Of a DNA stretch of 64,000 bases, positions 12,501 through 26,675 are shown in pieces. The position numbers were made by a program, and so were the translations under genes. The first letter of the stretch is position 1, and each line of letters begins with the position of its first letter. Below the pieces are notes generated by a model. It searched no databases. It was not told the DNA's origin and was given only the letters and a program-made list of their open reading frames with translations. The stretch is from Azolla caroliniana (lineage: Eukaryota > Plantae > Polypodiophyta): positions 2,356,001 to 2,420,000 of the forward strand of contig JBHGNT010000001.1 of NCBI GenBank assembly GCA_043228905.1, written 5' to 3'.

Positions 12501-15500
12501 AAAAATACTAATACTTTTTACTTCCTTGCCAGGATTACAAAATCTCTGAATTCGTGTAGTGCTACAACTGGGGATATTGTTGCTGCAACTGAAAGGCTAA
12601 AGCAAGAGTTGGAAAATACCAATCAGCATCAAGATATAGTAACAAGTTTTTTACATGACTATCAACTTTCTTCTGATGAGGTCTTATACCTGTTTTGTCC
12701 CCTATGCTTGTGTCACCTTATTTTTTATTTTGTTTTATTACCAGCCCAAATCAAATCCTAAGCATCCATTATGTCCAGATCAATGCTCTTAGAGAGGAAG
12801 ATTTAAACGATGCTTTTTTTAAGGCACTGGCAAGGGTACAAGAGATTCATGCAAATTGTAAAATACTCCTCCGGACTCATCACCAGGTTGGTGGTGATTG
12901 TTTTTTTTCTCGTTTCTTCAATTTGTGGCTAATGCTTATTTGCTCTTTCGACTGATCTCTAGATTTGTTGAATGATCAGTTAAATATGTGACAATCACAT
13001 TAACTCTAATGCAACATGCTAGATGGAACTATTTACTAAATAGTCAATTGCCGATTTATGCTACAAAACATTAAACTTTATAAAAATCACTATAATTCTA
13101 TTCAGTAAGATCCGGTTGATGTTTTTGTACGAGAACAGCGCGCTGGTCTTGAATTAATGGATATGATGGCAATGTATCAAGAAGGGGCGTATGAACGACT
13201 ATGTAGGTATGCATCAAGTAGCTTATATGGCCATGCTATTTCATTAGTTACATCTTTTCTCTTTGTTTGCATTAAAATAGGTAAATATTTTCTTCTCTTT
13301 GTTTGCATAAAATAGGTGTGCTAATTTCTTTGCCCATTCAAATCTCATTATTTGCACCAAGAATTGGGTAATGAGCATTTTAACTTTCGATATAGGAAAT
13401 TACTACACAACGGTGGTACTTATTTGGCTATGTTCTGTTTTTCCTGGTTATGTTTACATTGGTTATAATAAAATCAACTTGAATTCATTTTCAGATGTGA
13501 ACATTGACTCACCTTCAAGTTAAATTTCTTAGATGGGCTTTTACCTCACCATCAAACCATCTATTGGGCTTTTAATTTAGGTTTTAGTCTTATTTGGTTA
13601 GACTTCCATATCTTTCTTTAATAAATTCTCGGGATGCTCTTTATTACTGTTTTAACTTTTGAGCTAAGGAGTTTCAGTGTCCTATCTTGAATCGTGATCA
13701 ATCATATGGATTCAGCTAATTATCCATCACCTGAAAATCAGATTTTTGTGTTATGAAAGAAGGCTCACTGTCATTTATAACATTCAGGATGCATTGGTTG
13801 AAACTATTAATGCAAAACATCATTTTGATTGCTTTCAAGATAATGAAAACGTGTTTGTGAAAACCCCCTGGCACTATTTTATCATTCATCTATGTAATAG
13901 GAAATGAACGATTTTATTTCATTTATTCAGGGTGTTATGTTTAGTGTGTACTGATGTTTCTATCTTAATTTTGCTAGGTGGGTGCAAGCAGAATGTCGGA
14001 ACCTAGGTGACAGTGACACACCTGAGGTCAGTGATCTTCTGAAGTCTGCAGCAAGGTGTTTGAATGAGCGGCCTGTTCTCTTCAAATACTGTGCTGAAGA
14101 GGTTTGTACTTTACATAAGCTTTCCAAAGTTATATTGACATCAACAGAAGATGCATTGCATATTGCTGCATTGGAAAAAGAAAATGCTTTTTCCAGGTTT
14201 CAAACACAAGGCACAATTCACTATTTCGTCGTTTTATAAGTGCTCTGACACGTGGAGGCCCAGGGGGGATGCCTAGGCCAATTGAAGTTCATGCTCATGA
14301 CCCATTGCGGTATGTTGGTGACATGCTCGGCTGGCTTCATCAGGTTAGCAATTGTGCTATTCTTTCTTTATATTTATTTTACGATATTATATGAAATCAA
14401 TACCAAAAGATACTTATGTGGTTTTTGGTGAAATTTTAAGGCTGTTGCTTCTGAGAGAGAACTTGCAACAGCTCTTTTTAGCCCAGAGTCTACCATAGGC
14501 TCAAGTTCACGCCGATTTTCTAAAGATTCAGACATACCTCAAAATGTGAAATCGGAAACAGACCTGGGGTTTGTACTAGATCGGATTTTCGAAGGTGTAT
14601 GCCGTCCATTTAAAGTTCGAGTAGAACAAGTTCTTCAATCACAACCAGGGCTTTTATTGGCATATAAATTAAACCATTTGCTTGGCTTCTATAGATTTAC
14701 TGTTGAGTATTTTGTGACCCTTTCAGTTTTCTCAAGCCAGTCCATTGCTTGTATACAATGAGCTTATTGTATCTTGGGTGCATTTTATTCTTCTTCAGAT
14801 ATCTGAGCTTTTAGGGCAAGATGCAGCCCTTTCGATTGCTTTAAAAGATGTAGCAAATGATGCTGAGAGGACCTTTTTTGACATTTTGAAAGCTCGTGGA
14901 GACAAGATATTGAGGTATCCACCACCGATAGCTGTCGATTTATCCCCACCCCTTGCAGTGGCAGAAGGGATATCGGCTTGGCTAGAGCTCTTCAATACAT
15001 ATAGTGAAATGATGGTACCTTCGGGGGGCCAAAAGCCAGATTTCCAGCCAGTGCTTTCTGCTTTGCTTGATCCTATTATTCAGGTATACTGTGAATTCAT
15101 GCTTCATTTACTCAGCTACATGATGTGTATGTAAAGGGAAGGAAATAGGTCTTTGTTTTAAGAAGCCCAAGTTTGGAGAATTTGTGAAAGTTGAACTTCA
15201 GAATTAAAAAATGGGGCTTAAACTAGTCATTTTTACATGCAGTATGTTTTAATTTAATCATTGCAGCAACCAGGGATCATATTATGTATTGTGCAATGGA
15301 CTGTTATTTATATACACATATCACTTCTATGCAGATGTGTGAGCGAGCTGCTGAGACATATGCATCAAAATCTCCAAAACCACCTTTGCGGAGGACGAGC
15401 ACCACCACCATTGATGCTGGTAGAAGGCTGTCAAACGCTGGTGCTTATCCACAGAGAACTGCATCAGGAGATCCCTTCAGCAGTAGTAGCCATACTGTTT

Positions 15501-16516
15501 CATCTACACAGGTATGTAGCATGAAGCACTTTTGCTACACACCAAAAGCCATAAAAACCCTATTACAGATTGCAGTCTCTGATTTTTGTTTCCAGTATGC
15601 TGCTAAATCTTAAATACTGAACAATAAACCCTAATCCTAATCCTAACCCCTGTACCATCTTACAGATGTCGTTAGATGATACAGGGGTTAGGATACTTCT
15701 CTGATTTGGTGTTTAGATACTTAACCCTAAACCCTAAACCCCAAACCTTAAACCTCAAACCGTAAATCCTGAACCATAAAACAGTACGATACATTTAGTT
15801 ACTCTCGTGGCGTGTTTTTTAAGTAAAATCTAAACCCTCTCTAAGCATTATATATTTCAGTAGCTTGTCATTTTCTAGATCAGCAATTAGCAATTACCAA
15901 CAGACAATACCCATATGCAAAAAAACCTATACCCCATCACGAATTTTGAAATTTAAAGCTCTTTTTGCAGGGTGTCAGCTCATCACAAAAGATATTTTTG
16001 ATCAATTGTTTAGTGTCTATCCAGCAGCCATTGAATGAAAGTGGGATCAATAATGATTACATCTCTTCACTCTTCACTAAGATTAAGGGCTATGTATCTG
16101 GTCTAATTGATGAAGAAGTGGTTGCCATACTGGAAAAATGTAAACTACAAAACAAGGTCTCTTGCATACGTGACCATGTTCGTAAGTACAACAAATCGGA
16201 GATAGTAGCGAAAGAAGATGAAATAGATGAAGAGAAACCACTTGCCCAAATAGAAGACATGGACTCTTCATCATTTGCAGAGTCACTAAAGATGTTTTTC
16301 GCGCTTGTTATTGGGAGTGACGGTGTTGTTCCTGAGTTTCAACAAATACAAGATCCTCAAGTGAGGGGTGAAGTAAGCTCTGGTGTTGCAAAAGCATTAT
16401 TACAAGCATATGAACTTGTCTACACAGCACTTCTTGATCCAAGTAATGGCTATATGGATTCTAAATCAATGCTTCGTCATACACCTGATCAAATGAAAAC
16501 AATCTTGGGTATTTGA
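9522..16516 (+). CDS. COG6: Conserved oligomeric Golgi complex subunit 6 (~711 aa, 11 exons)
   Basis: Exons 9522-9740, 11993-12045, 12533-12680, 12779-12886, 13139-13206, 13978-14101, 14197-14343, 14441-14701, 14799-15083, 15335-15511, 15971-16516. All GT-AG and phase-consistent. Motifs [74 protein letters not shown] and C-terminal [12 protein letters not shown] match plant COG6. Confidence 0.95.
15625..15780 (+). repeat. Degenerate telomere-like (CCCTAAA-type) repeats plus a 24-bp hairpin in COG6 intron 10
   Basis: AAACCCTAATCCTAATCCTAACCCC at ~15626-15650; AACCCTAAACCCTAAACCCCAAACCTTAAACCTCAAACCGTAAATCCTGAACCATAAA at 15723-15780; inverted arms 15640-15663 and 15671-15694. Confidence 0.75.
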
Positions 16517-18757
16517 TTATCTTTTACCGGTACCGTTAGAAGAGAGGTAATAAATGTAATTTACGCTTTTTCCTTCATACAAAATCCTTCACGTCCCACA
16601 ATTTCGTTTTGTTTTTTGGCAAATAAAGTCTTTTTTTAATTAAAAATATTATATTTTGGAATTTGGGATAATGAAAATGGGACGAGTATTTTAATTAATA
16701 CACCAAACTAGAAAACTGAAGGTTCAATGGAGGGGATCATTTTGGCCAACGTGATTGTAGGACTGATCAAGCATTTAATCCAACATCTTGTGTATCTCAC
16801 AAGTCTTTGAAATGACGAGATGTTAGGTTCTTGATGGTATTTGCATCACCCTTTATTTTTCTTTTAGGGAATTTGTTTGGAGTCAAGGGCTAATAAGGTC
16901 TATGTTAATCTATGTTCATAAAGGAGGTTGTTAATGCTACTCTGTTAGCATTGGGTGATGCTATTGTATTCAAGTTTCAACCATTGCTTGGTAAGTGCAA
17001 TATTGTTGCAGTTACCTTGTGAACATTGCTTTTAAATGCAATTCTATCACTTATAAAGGCACTGAGATAGTTGTAATCCTTCACTTTACTGAAAAGATAT
17101 GGGTGATGGGATGGGGTTTTTATGGCAAAGAAATGAAAGAAAAGATTGAGGACAGAAAGAAAGTTGTAACCACAAGTGCAAACTCAATTTAATTCTACAT
17201 ATAGTCTTGACTTGTTGAGACATAGAATGGGATCTGAATTACCACCACCCCATTCATGTGGAAGTGTCAATCCAAGCCCCAAAACTAAGTATTTTAATTT
17301 TCTTTCTCTTTTCCTTATTATCTTATCATATACCATGTTTCATCTCAAGCCTTAGAGGACATGGCACCATAGTAGCTTCATCTAGAAAGCCTCATCGACC
17401 CACATGTAGAGAGAGGTCCCAAACCTTTTTGTGCACATGCAATAGGTACATCCTAACATCACTTCATCATGCAAGGTTAGGATACTATTGAAAGTACATC
17501 TTGCAGGTTTAATCTAACAACATAGGGTAATTGTCAACGCTTAGACCATAGACTATTGAATAATGTACCAATTATAGCTTATGCATAAATAAACAAGATC
17601 ATGTCATATGTTACTCAATGATGATAAAAAAAAATATCACTAGAAAAATCACATTACAGTCATAGATCATCTGATATTTATACATGGTTAATAGATTGTT
17701 TGCCCTTATTCAGCTTTAATGGTCTAAAATTTGCTGATAAACAAACAATTGCTCACTGCACTGCAATGTCTTTTGGTGTCCTTATGGAAACTTCACGTCT
17801 TACTCGATTCTTCTTCTTGAGAACCACCTTGAGGTCTTTGTGTAGGGACATAGCACCATCTAACCTTTTGAGGGTGAGATGGGCTAGAGTGAGCCTCAAT
17901 TGATCTCAAGCTAGTGATAGTTAATCTAACTACTAAAGCAAAGCCTAATCTTAATCTATGAGTTACTCACCTTCAAAAGTTGAGACATTAACATTTAATC
18001 ACAAAGAGACTTTACCATGATTTTACTCACTTGATGAAAGAGAGGAGACAATAAATCACCAATGAGAACTTAATTAGTTACAAGCATCCATAATTAAATA
18101 AGCTTAGTGTTGAGTTGTATGTGAACCTATTTTTGTCATCTTCGCCAACCATTGTACAAAAAAAACATGTCTCGTTTGAATTATGTCTTCGTTTTAAAGC
18201 ATCGCCAAAGGCAAGCCACCAACCATCAATGCCAAAGAAACACTTTTGCACAAAATGGAAGGTGAGAATGCCATCCTGCATCTAGAACTTGACACTATCA
18301 CTTATGGTGTATACTATAAATCATTAGTATATATATAATTACACCATTAATTTATTAAATGCTACAAGGCACTTTTGGTGTTTATGTTTACCACACATGT
18401 CCATCCAATCTTAACATCTTTTTAATGGGAATATTGATCATAAGCTAAACGCATGAAAGAAATATGGCCATATCATAATTTGTTGTGGACCACCCTTTAT
18501 TAGGTTCGAGTGGCTAGTGTCCAATGGGTTTGACATGTGAAAATGACCATTTCGGGTTGCTAACTTGTGTAAAATGGCAAGATCTCTCACTTGAAAAAGG
18601 GTTTTGGGGCTACCATTTGGTCATCATTCTCACCCTTTTGCATCCACTTTCCTCCATGTAGCTTTTCAATACTAATTAATCGCTATATGGATGTTTTTTA
18701 CTTAGCAATTATCTATTCAATTAAGACTAGCTTATTTCTTAATTAGTGTAGTGATTA

Positions 18758-19179
18758 GACCTCCAAAGATGATAATATAATCTCTCTCTCTCATTACAAT
18801 GTTGCTTCCATGCGACTTAGCTCACATGCATTGCGATGTGAGATGGGGCGTTGGGGCACAAGTGATGAGAGTGGTCGACTATGCACACTTTTCCCTAAAC
18901 AAGTTCGAGAGTTTGAGTATCACACTTTGATACAATGCTCTGCCTTGGATCATATTCAACCATGCTTTTCACACATCTTCAACCAAGCCCAATCCTTGCA
19001 TGAATTTCTCTCACAAGCACAATGTGCACTCTCAATTGCGACATTCATTGGTAAAGTTCTTGAACATCGAGAGTCTCTACTCACTTTCACATTATCACGT
19101 GAAATGTAATATTTTTGGTCTCATAGGTCATATTTGACCTTCGAAGGCGATAATATAATCTCTCTCTCTCTCTCTCTCT
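18758..19179 (+). mobile_element. Two tandem 3'-end fragments of the RTEX/RTE-group LINE family (copy at 47640-50185)
   Basis: 18758-18792 is only GACCTCCAAAGATGATAATATAA plus (TC)n. 18800-19179 encodes MRLSSHALRCEMGRW...C..EYHTLIQC and ends with the AGGTCATATTTGACCT stem-loop and a (TC)n tail, as at 50076-50185. Confidence 0.9.
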
Positions 19180-19350
19180 TATATTGCTAAATGTGTGTGA
19201 AAACACTACTTACAATATGGTTAACCACTAACTACATGGGCAGTGGAACATGTTGAATTGTCAATAGGGAAGACGAACCTATCAAAGCAAGGTCTAGTAA
19301 AGCAACTTACACCCTTCATTTAAAGGAAATGCTAACATGTTCCACAAACT
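19159..19350 (-). mobile_element. 3'-end fragment of the L1/Tx1-type LINE family also at 46902-47620
   Basis: The minus strand reads LTIQHVPLPM* (compare LAVQHVPLLM* ending at 47006), then a similar 3'UTR (ATAT..TAAATGTGTGT.AAAA.ACTA.TTACAAT on +) and a (GA)n tail. Confidence 0.75.
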
Positions 19351-19899
19351 ATTATGTTAAAAGGCAATGCTAATAAATTCCCAAAAGAGTTGCTCTTCCT
19401 TAGGCAATGTTAATAATAGTAATCTCCAAAGGGAACCCGTCGAAGGAATGCGTGGCATGGTTGACTAGGTTTTTAAACTTGATTAATAATTTTGCAAATT
19501 TTTAAACATGATTAATATAAGTGATATTTGATTAGGCAGAAAAATTGAACGAAAAAGTATGAACAATAAATCTATTGTTTGAAAAGAGTATTGGAGTTTC
19601 AACATTCCCAAACAAACATAAAAATGGTCCAATCGTTATGTTTTTCTACCTAAACTAGTCTTTGAATTCCTCCAACAATGGGGTGGAAAATGAGAAATCA
19701 AAGAATACATTATAGTATTATTGCGTGTTATTAGACTTTCAAGTTTCTACCAATCATATATAATTCCATATTTGGGATAGTAATAATTGATTAGCATCAA
19801 CAAATTGGAGTCAGTAGGTAGCATTTGAATTGAAGGAATAAACTCACATATGTGGTCCAATGTTATGTGAGAATAAGTGTGAGAGAGACTTGGGTGGCA

Positions 19900-20600
19900 T
19901 CAACATATTTACCAATTTGAATTATAATCTATTGTAAGAAAAATATCAAAGAGATATGTTAGTCTATAACAATAATGACTACTGTACCACATGATGAAAT
20001 TTTACATACAAGTGAAACACTAGCCAGTTAGATATTAGTCCCTTTCCAAGTAAACAAAAGCATACAATATAGATAAGTCCCTTGAACTTTCAGCGAAAGC
20101 CAAAATTCACCCAAGCATTAGGTTAATGTACTATAATTATTAAATGGTATTAAGTTGTCAAAGAGAACTAGATTACATCCCATTGGAACTTGATCAATGG
20201 AAATCTAAATGGATCATAATGGACATCTCATCATTTAGTAATGGTTTACGGAAATGGAATGTGATATCAAACAATGAAACCAACAAACTTGTTGATCATC
20301 AAGTTCTTCAACTGAATTTCTCAAAGTAATTATGCATTAAAACTATGTAAACAAATTACTAAAGCTAAGAAGATTAGGATTCAAAAAATCGTCATCATAT
20401 ATTCATATAACTTGGCATAGCCAATTATGATGGAAATGTTGAAATTGTTAAGTAGGATACAAAATGAACATACATCAATGGCAATAAAATTATTTCTAGG
20501 TATGCACATATGTCTAAACTACAACATAGGTTCTTGATGTGGGACACATTGAAATATTATAGATGTTTGAAAGGTCCTAGAAAATCACACTTACACTTTC
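19900..20600 (-). mobile_element. Highly degenerate LINE RT remnant
   Basis: Minus-strand traces resembling YxDD (~20390-20402) and an NAWVNFGFR segment similar in position to the L1 RT thumb region. Many stops; boundaries approximate. Confidence 0.3.
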
Positions 20601-23600
20601 AAATACACCGAGTACTAAAAGGCAAGTCCTCAAAGAGAGAGTTTGATTCTTACTTTTGATTTGTTTTGGGTATTTAAGCAAAGGCACAAACACTTATGGT
20701 GGATCCTTTTCGAAAGATAGTATAGATTCTTTGCAATATCTTTGAAAGGTCCTCCTTACTTTAGGCTAGTTTTAGGCATGTCAAAAGAAGACGAATAACT
20801 AGATGTATGCATTGAAAGGTGGGAATACTTATAACGATGTCATCAAAAGTCCGACTATTACTCATGTCAATTCTTATGTGTGTACTAGGGCAAAGTACCA
20901 AAAGTATATATATAAAAACGTATAAATATATTATCATTAAGAACGAATGATAATAAGGTTTATTGAAGTGGGCTTATAAGTTGAAATGGTGGAGATCAAG
21001 GTGGAGGTAGTGAGATGGAGTGAGGACCCTAAGACAAGGGGAAAGTAGTGATCATAAGGGAGAGGGATAATATGTCAACATCTTGAAGTCTAAAAATAAT
21101 AGGAAAAGGATCCTAGTATAGTCATGTAGGTATGCTAAAGGTTTTCGGATTAAAAACAAGATACACGATGTCGAAGGTTCCGATAATGTGGTGGAATGTG
21201 AGATGTGGCGATGGAAAACGGTGGAGGAGGATATTTGGGATTGGGATGGTGATGATGGATGAAGTGTATGTGCAACGATGATACCAGAGCAAAGCAAAGC
21301 AAAGCAAAGCAAAAATGTGTAAAAAACAAGATGGAGGGGTACCACGAACAAGCATACAAAGATTATAGAGAAACTTTTGAAAAGTGGGAGAAAAGTTAGG
21401 TGAAGTGTGAGTCCTGTTTAATGAAAGTAAAGTAAAAACAAAATTACGCGATCGTGGCGCCACACCTCTGACTAAACCAATATGACCACTGCTTTAAAAA
21501 ATTCATAATTTAATATTGATTTGATGAGGAGAATAATATTGAAAAAAAGGTGAATAAAGATAGTATTGTATTCGTAGGAGTGCGTATGCATATACGTATT
21601 CACGATTTGTGTATATTTATATGGTCCCAGATTTATCCATCTATTCTAAACTGTGGAAGAAATTAAAATATCGTCATCATCTTCACACGTGTTCACACAT
21701 TGGTTCATCCCCCTCCCGTAAATCATATTTTTGGTTTCCTATGGACATTAAAAAGTCTAAGTTCTACATATGAATGGTTATATTGTGTTTTGGTTGCATA
21801 CCCTAATATGCATTTCTATGATGTTACAACTTACAATAATGTCATGTGTCACAGTCACTTTGTTTGTGTGTATGTCTCCATATATTTAGTGCATCAGCTA
21901 TCACATAGTCACTTTGTAATTATGCATATGCATTTGTTACATTTTTTAAATGTATGTGCATACATGTTGAAATGTACGTGCATACATGAATGCATTTGCA
22001 TACATAAATTTTGGTCACATTAGCACCAATAACATGCATATCTATGCTAGGACATCAAGTACTGTTGGTTATTTTTAACAAACATTAGGGCACACACATA
22101 CCATTAGATCAATATAAGTAAAAGCCACTACAAGCATTTGGTCATTATTAATCTGTACTTGTACAACAAGGAGTTTTCATTGCCATGGCATAATTATTAT
22201 TATTCGGCCAATCTTACTCAAGATCCGTAAGGCTTAGGATAATGACAATTGTGTTGTATTAAGGATTGTAAGAATATATGGTGGATGATTGCACTCAAGC
22301 ATCTTGCACTTAGTATGGTGGCTTCACATAGCATGGATGTGGCCATCCTTTTTCTTAATATTATAATATACCATTATCAAACAAGACCTAAAACTTTGTT
22401 ATAAATATACTTGTAATAAATTTGATTGATGTGACTATGCCTAAATGTGACACTTGTTAAAAGATAATGTATAGGAGGCATACATTCCATAGTCTTTCAT
22501 TTTCTAAGTTAAGTAAAGATTCTAAGTTGAAGGTTGAAAAACCAAGTCTTTAACATGTAAAGTGATGCTTAGAACATCATGAAAGGGTGTATTGTTTGGG
22601 AGAATCAACAAAGAGCTTATCTTGGTGTATGCCTAAAGTTGTGTGGATTGCCATAAATCTTGGGTTAGACAAAAGTGACAGTAACCTTTAAATGCCTAAT
22701 GTAGGTCATTGTATATTTAGATACTTTACACAAGTTTATATCTCAAATGTTATTTGAGGACAATATATTTGCCATAGCGAAAACTCAACATAGGGTTTTG
22801 ACATGTTCTATAGTGTAGGTTTCAATGCCTGAAATGATTAGTATTGCCTATAGTCACTAGTGTAAAGGTGTTTGCATCGTTTAGTTAACCATACATTGTT
22901 TTTCGAATGTAGATGTTGATTAGGGATTCTTGGAAACATTGAAGTGCACCATGTTTTCCTAAGCGATATTCAATCATGAAATAACTCATGTGGTGTTCAA
23001 AACACATGGTACATCTAAATCATACAAAGCATAACAAGTTGAATGGACAAATGAAGTTCTAGTGCATGGAGGATAAAGAGATTACAAAGCGCAAAGCTAC
23101 CTTTGAAATAGGATCAAATTGCTAAATAAAATAAAATGTGATGTACGATGTTGGCAAGATAATCAATAAAAGAACATGAGACAAATCCTTTGGTAAGCAG
23201 TGTGCCAAATGAAGGGTTTAAAATCAAATATGTTTTTTGTATTTTATTTTTCAATGTGAGAAATCTACGAAATGTATTATATATTGGATATATATTTAGT
23301 ATTTACGTTCAAGTCATCTTAAATGATGTACATATGTGAGTGTGATACATGGTATGAACTAAGCGACATAAAATTGGGAATAACAAGACATTGAATGCTA
23401 AAACACGATATGTAAGCATTTTGATTCTACGTTATATTAGACATTTAGTCATCCCCACCAATCTACATTTACAAAGTATTTCTTATGATAATTTAAAGAG
23501 CATACCTTATTAAAATTATGTAAGCGTTAATTTGGTTAACTTTGAAGTGAATGAAAGTCAAAGACTTTGTTTGCAATTGATAAGGTTGTGAGTTTGTCCG

Positions 23601-26600
23601 AAGGGAATGGGTTCGATGTTGGTTGCATTATATAAATTGTTTACATTTTGAGTTTGTCATCATGCTGATGGAGAATTGACTTATAATTGCTTTCCACAAC
23701 CCAAGAGTTCAAAACAATTTTTTTATCCCCAACATAAGTTACTATAATCTGAGCTAGTTCCCAACATAAGTTTCCACGAAAGTGCATGTACTATGCTATA
23801 TTTCACCAATTGAGATTGATGTACACATACAATAAGAATTAACCTAATTTACCAACCGAATCTATGATTGCTAAACATATTGATTTGGGATAATTAAGGA
23901 AAGCGAAAAGTTTGCGAGGCTTGCATTTTTCCATTAATTACTGACGAAGGATTGCTAGGAGCAATATTATATTGCTTTGACTGACAGGAAACTAGAGAGA
24001 GGTAGAGGGGAGAAATGAATGAACTCATTAAATAGAAGAGGAGAATAAACATAAAATTTTGAAATTAGCTTGAAGCTTTTATACCTTGTGACAATTAAGG
24101 TTTCGAAATGTTATTGAGTCTTCGGGATTCACGAAAGAACCAAAATGCTTTAGATCGAACAATTTTTCTTTTCACTCATTCTACAGAACTATTTCGTAAC
24201 ATTTTCAAGCCACAAGATAGAAGAATATTTTGGGTTTGCTACATGAACAAGATGTAAAGGAGTATTGAAGTTTCTATTTTCCCTATAAAACAAACTAACA
24301 AGAATACCTAATGATATTGTTATTTGGGAATGCCAAAACATTTCATAACAACTAGCTTGACTAGCCACGTTGAAATAAGGTTATGGTTTATTTTTCATCC
24401 AAATCTAACGTGACTAACTTAATACACAATTGATTAGAAAGGAATATCTAAATAACAGGAACAACTCAAGATATCATGCACAATTAAGCATTTCTAGCAA
24501 TGGATTCACGTGTTTGTGAACAATCTAACCCCCTTGCCCCCAAGGTGTGTGCATGTTACTATTTGCAACTGGCTTAAAGTTACATAAAAAGCTACACAAC
24601 TTTAATATGAACCAACCCTTTTAAAGTTGGAATATGTATGACTAGAAATGATCCCAACTTAAGAACAATGAGAGCATACATACAAGTATACACACCAAAA
24701 TGTAACATGTAGATATTTATACGTGGTGCTATGACCACTATATATTTATCAACATGTATATGTCATCCATAGTGTCCATTGTGACAATAGTCATTGGCCA
24801 CTACCTTGAGGACATCTCAACATTCTCTTCTTTAATATTCGGCTCTTGTAGCACCACTTTTGTGTGTACAATGAGTCTTTGGATGAAATACCTTGAGATA
24901 TAATAATAAGGGCTATCTTTTATTTTGATTCTGTGGTTTTATGTAGATTTGAGGGTGAGAAATTTTATATCATCTCATACTTGCAGAGAAGAAATGCAAC
25001 AATGACGATGACGAAGTACGGGACCTCTGCTTGAAACACAATACTTTTTGATTGCTAGTCTAGACTCTAAACTTATTTTTGTTTACATTGGGAGAAGCTT
25101 GGCATGTTGGTCATAGGCTTTATTGTGAAAAAGTGAGTCCAATTTGGCGTATATCTTATTAATGACACCACTGATAATTGTGCACCATACACTTGAAAGC
25201 AAGTAAGACTATGTACATAAACATATGTACACATATATGTTCCGTATTACTTCACTAACTGGGCTAATTCTTGAGTGTGTGTCAATATCCTCCTCTTTCC
25301 ACATATGGTTCTCCTTTTTTTGAGGTTCTTGCCATGTGATGCTAATTATCCTAAGCTTGATGCTTACATTTTATTCCATATGATGATAGAGATATTAAGT
25401 CATTCATTAATATTCCCTCTTCATCTTTAGAGATAAGGCTAGATTCCTCTAGAGAAGAAAATGATATAAAGAAAAGATCTGTGCACAAAACCCATTTGTT
25501 TTTTCTCTTGAAGGATGAAAAACTATGACTCCTTTCGATTGCATTTGTCACGTCTAGATGTCTTGCAATATGTTTTGAGACAACCCTCAATCAATGTTTG
25601 GCTTTTAATGTCTTTCTATATAGTAAGATAACACACATCCACACACATTTCTTTGACAATACTAAATAGGCTACATATATTAGAACAATCTATTAATGTG
25701 CACATTAATGTGTGCGAGCGCGCACACACACAATCATTCAGTCCAATTAAATTCCCATAAGAATGATTGTGATGAAAAAAAGAACAACAGTATGAAGTAT
25801 ATCATCTTGTGCTCTTCCAAGCAATAAAGCTTGTGCGATGTCCAAACTCAAACATAAGTCATGCTATAATGTGTTGAATTATTTAGTCTTATGCTCTCGT
25901 CCAAGGAGCTAAATTTATTGTGAGCGTCCAAGAAAAACATAGATAATGCAACAATCATTTAGGATAATCGAATAGTGAACCTTTTAAGGAAGAACAAATT
26001 CACTTCATCGTCGAAATTCATGTACTCTAAAGTCGGTAAAACGTTCCTTCTACACAATCCGGATGTTTTTTTGTTTTTGGGGAGGAGGTCTACAACAAAG
26101 AGTTTATAGTATATATGTGGCTCTACCAATTTTCGTCTTCACTACCATGACCCCATTACACCTAGCTAGGCCTAGCCTTTTGATCCACCTTTAATAGACT
26201 CTTTTGTTTCTTTTTGTTCTTCACACATACATGGATAGGGACACACACACACACACACAATCAGCTTGAGTCCAATCTCCTATTAAAACCATCTGTTTAC
26301 CTCCCACTTCATCCTCTCTTCTAGCTTTGATAAATATCCTCCTTACTAGTATAATATATACTTTAATAAGGTAATTTATCATCTAAATTATGATTAATGC
26401 ATACTTAAGAGCGACATACTCAATCGAGACAAGTGCTAAAGGACAATGTTTAGGGATTTTTAGTATATATGTCATAGTTAATCTCACACTAAGTATATGC
26501 TGATAGACTGATAGTGAAGAAGGGGTCACAAGTTTAGTTCAAAGTTTCCAAAATATAAGTTAGTCATTAATATTGTTAAGAAATCTCATCATTAGCTATA

Positions 26601-26675
26601 TATATATATATATATATATAATAAAATCCTCAATTCACATTGATTTGAGTTAAATTTTATTTGGAAGACTATATA

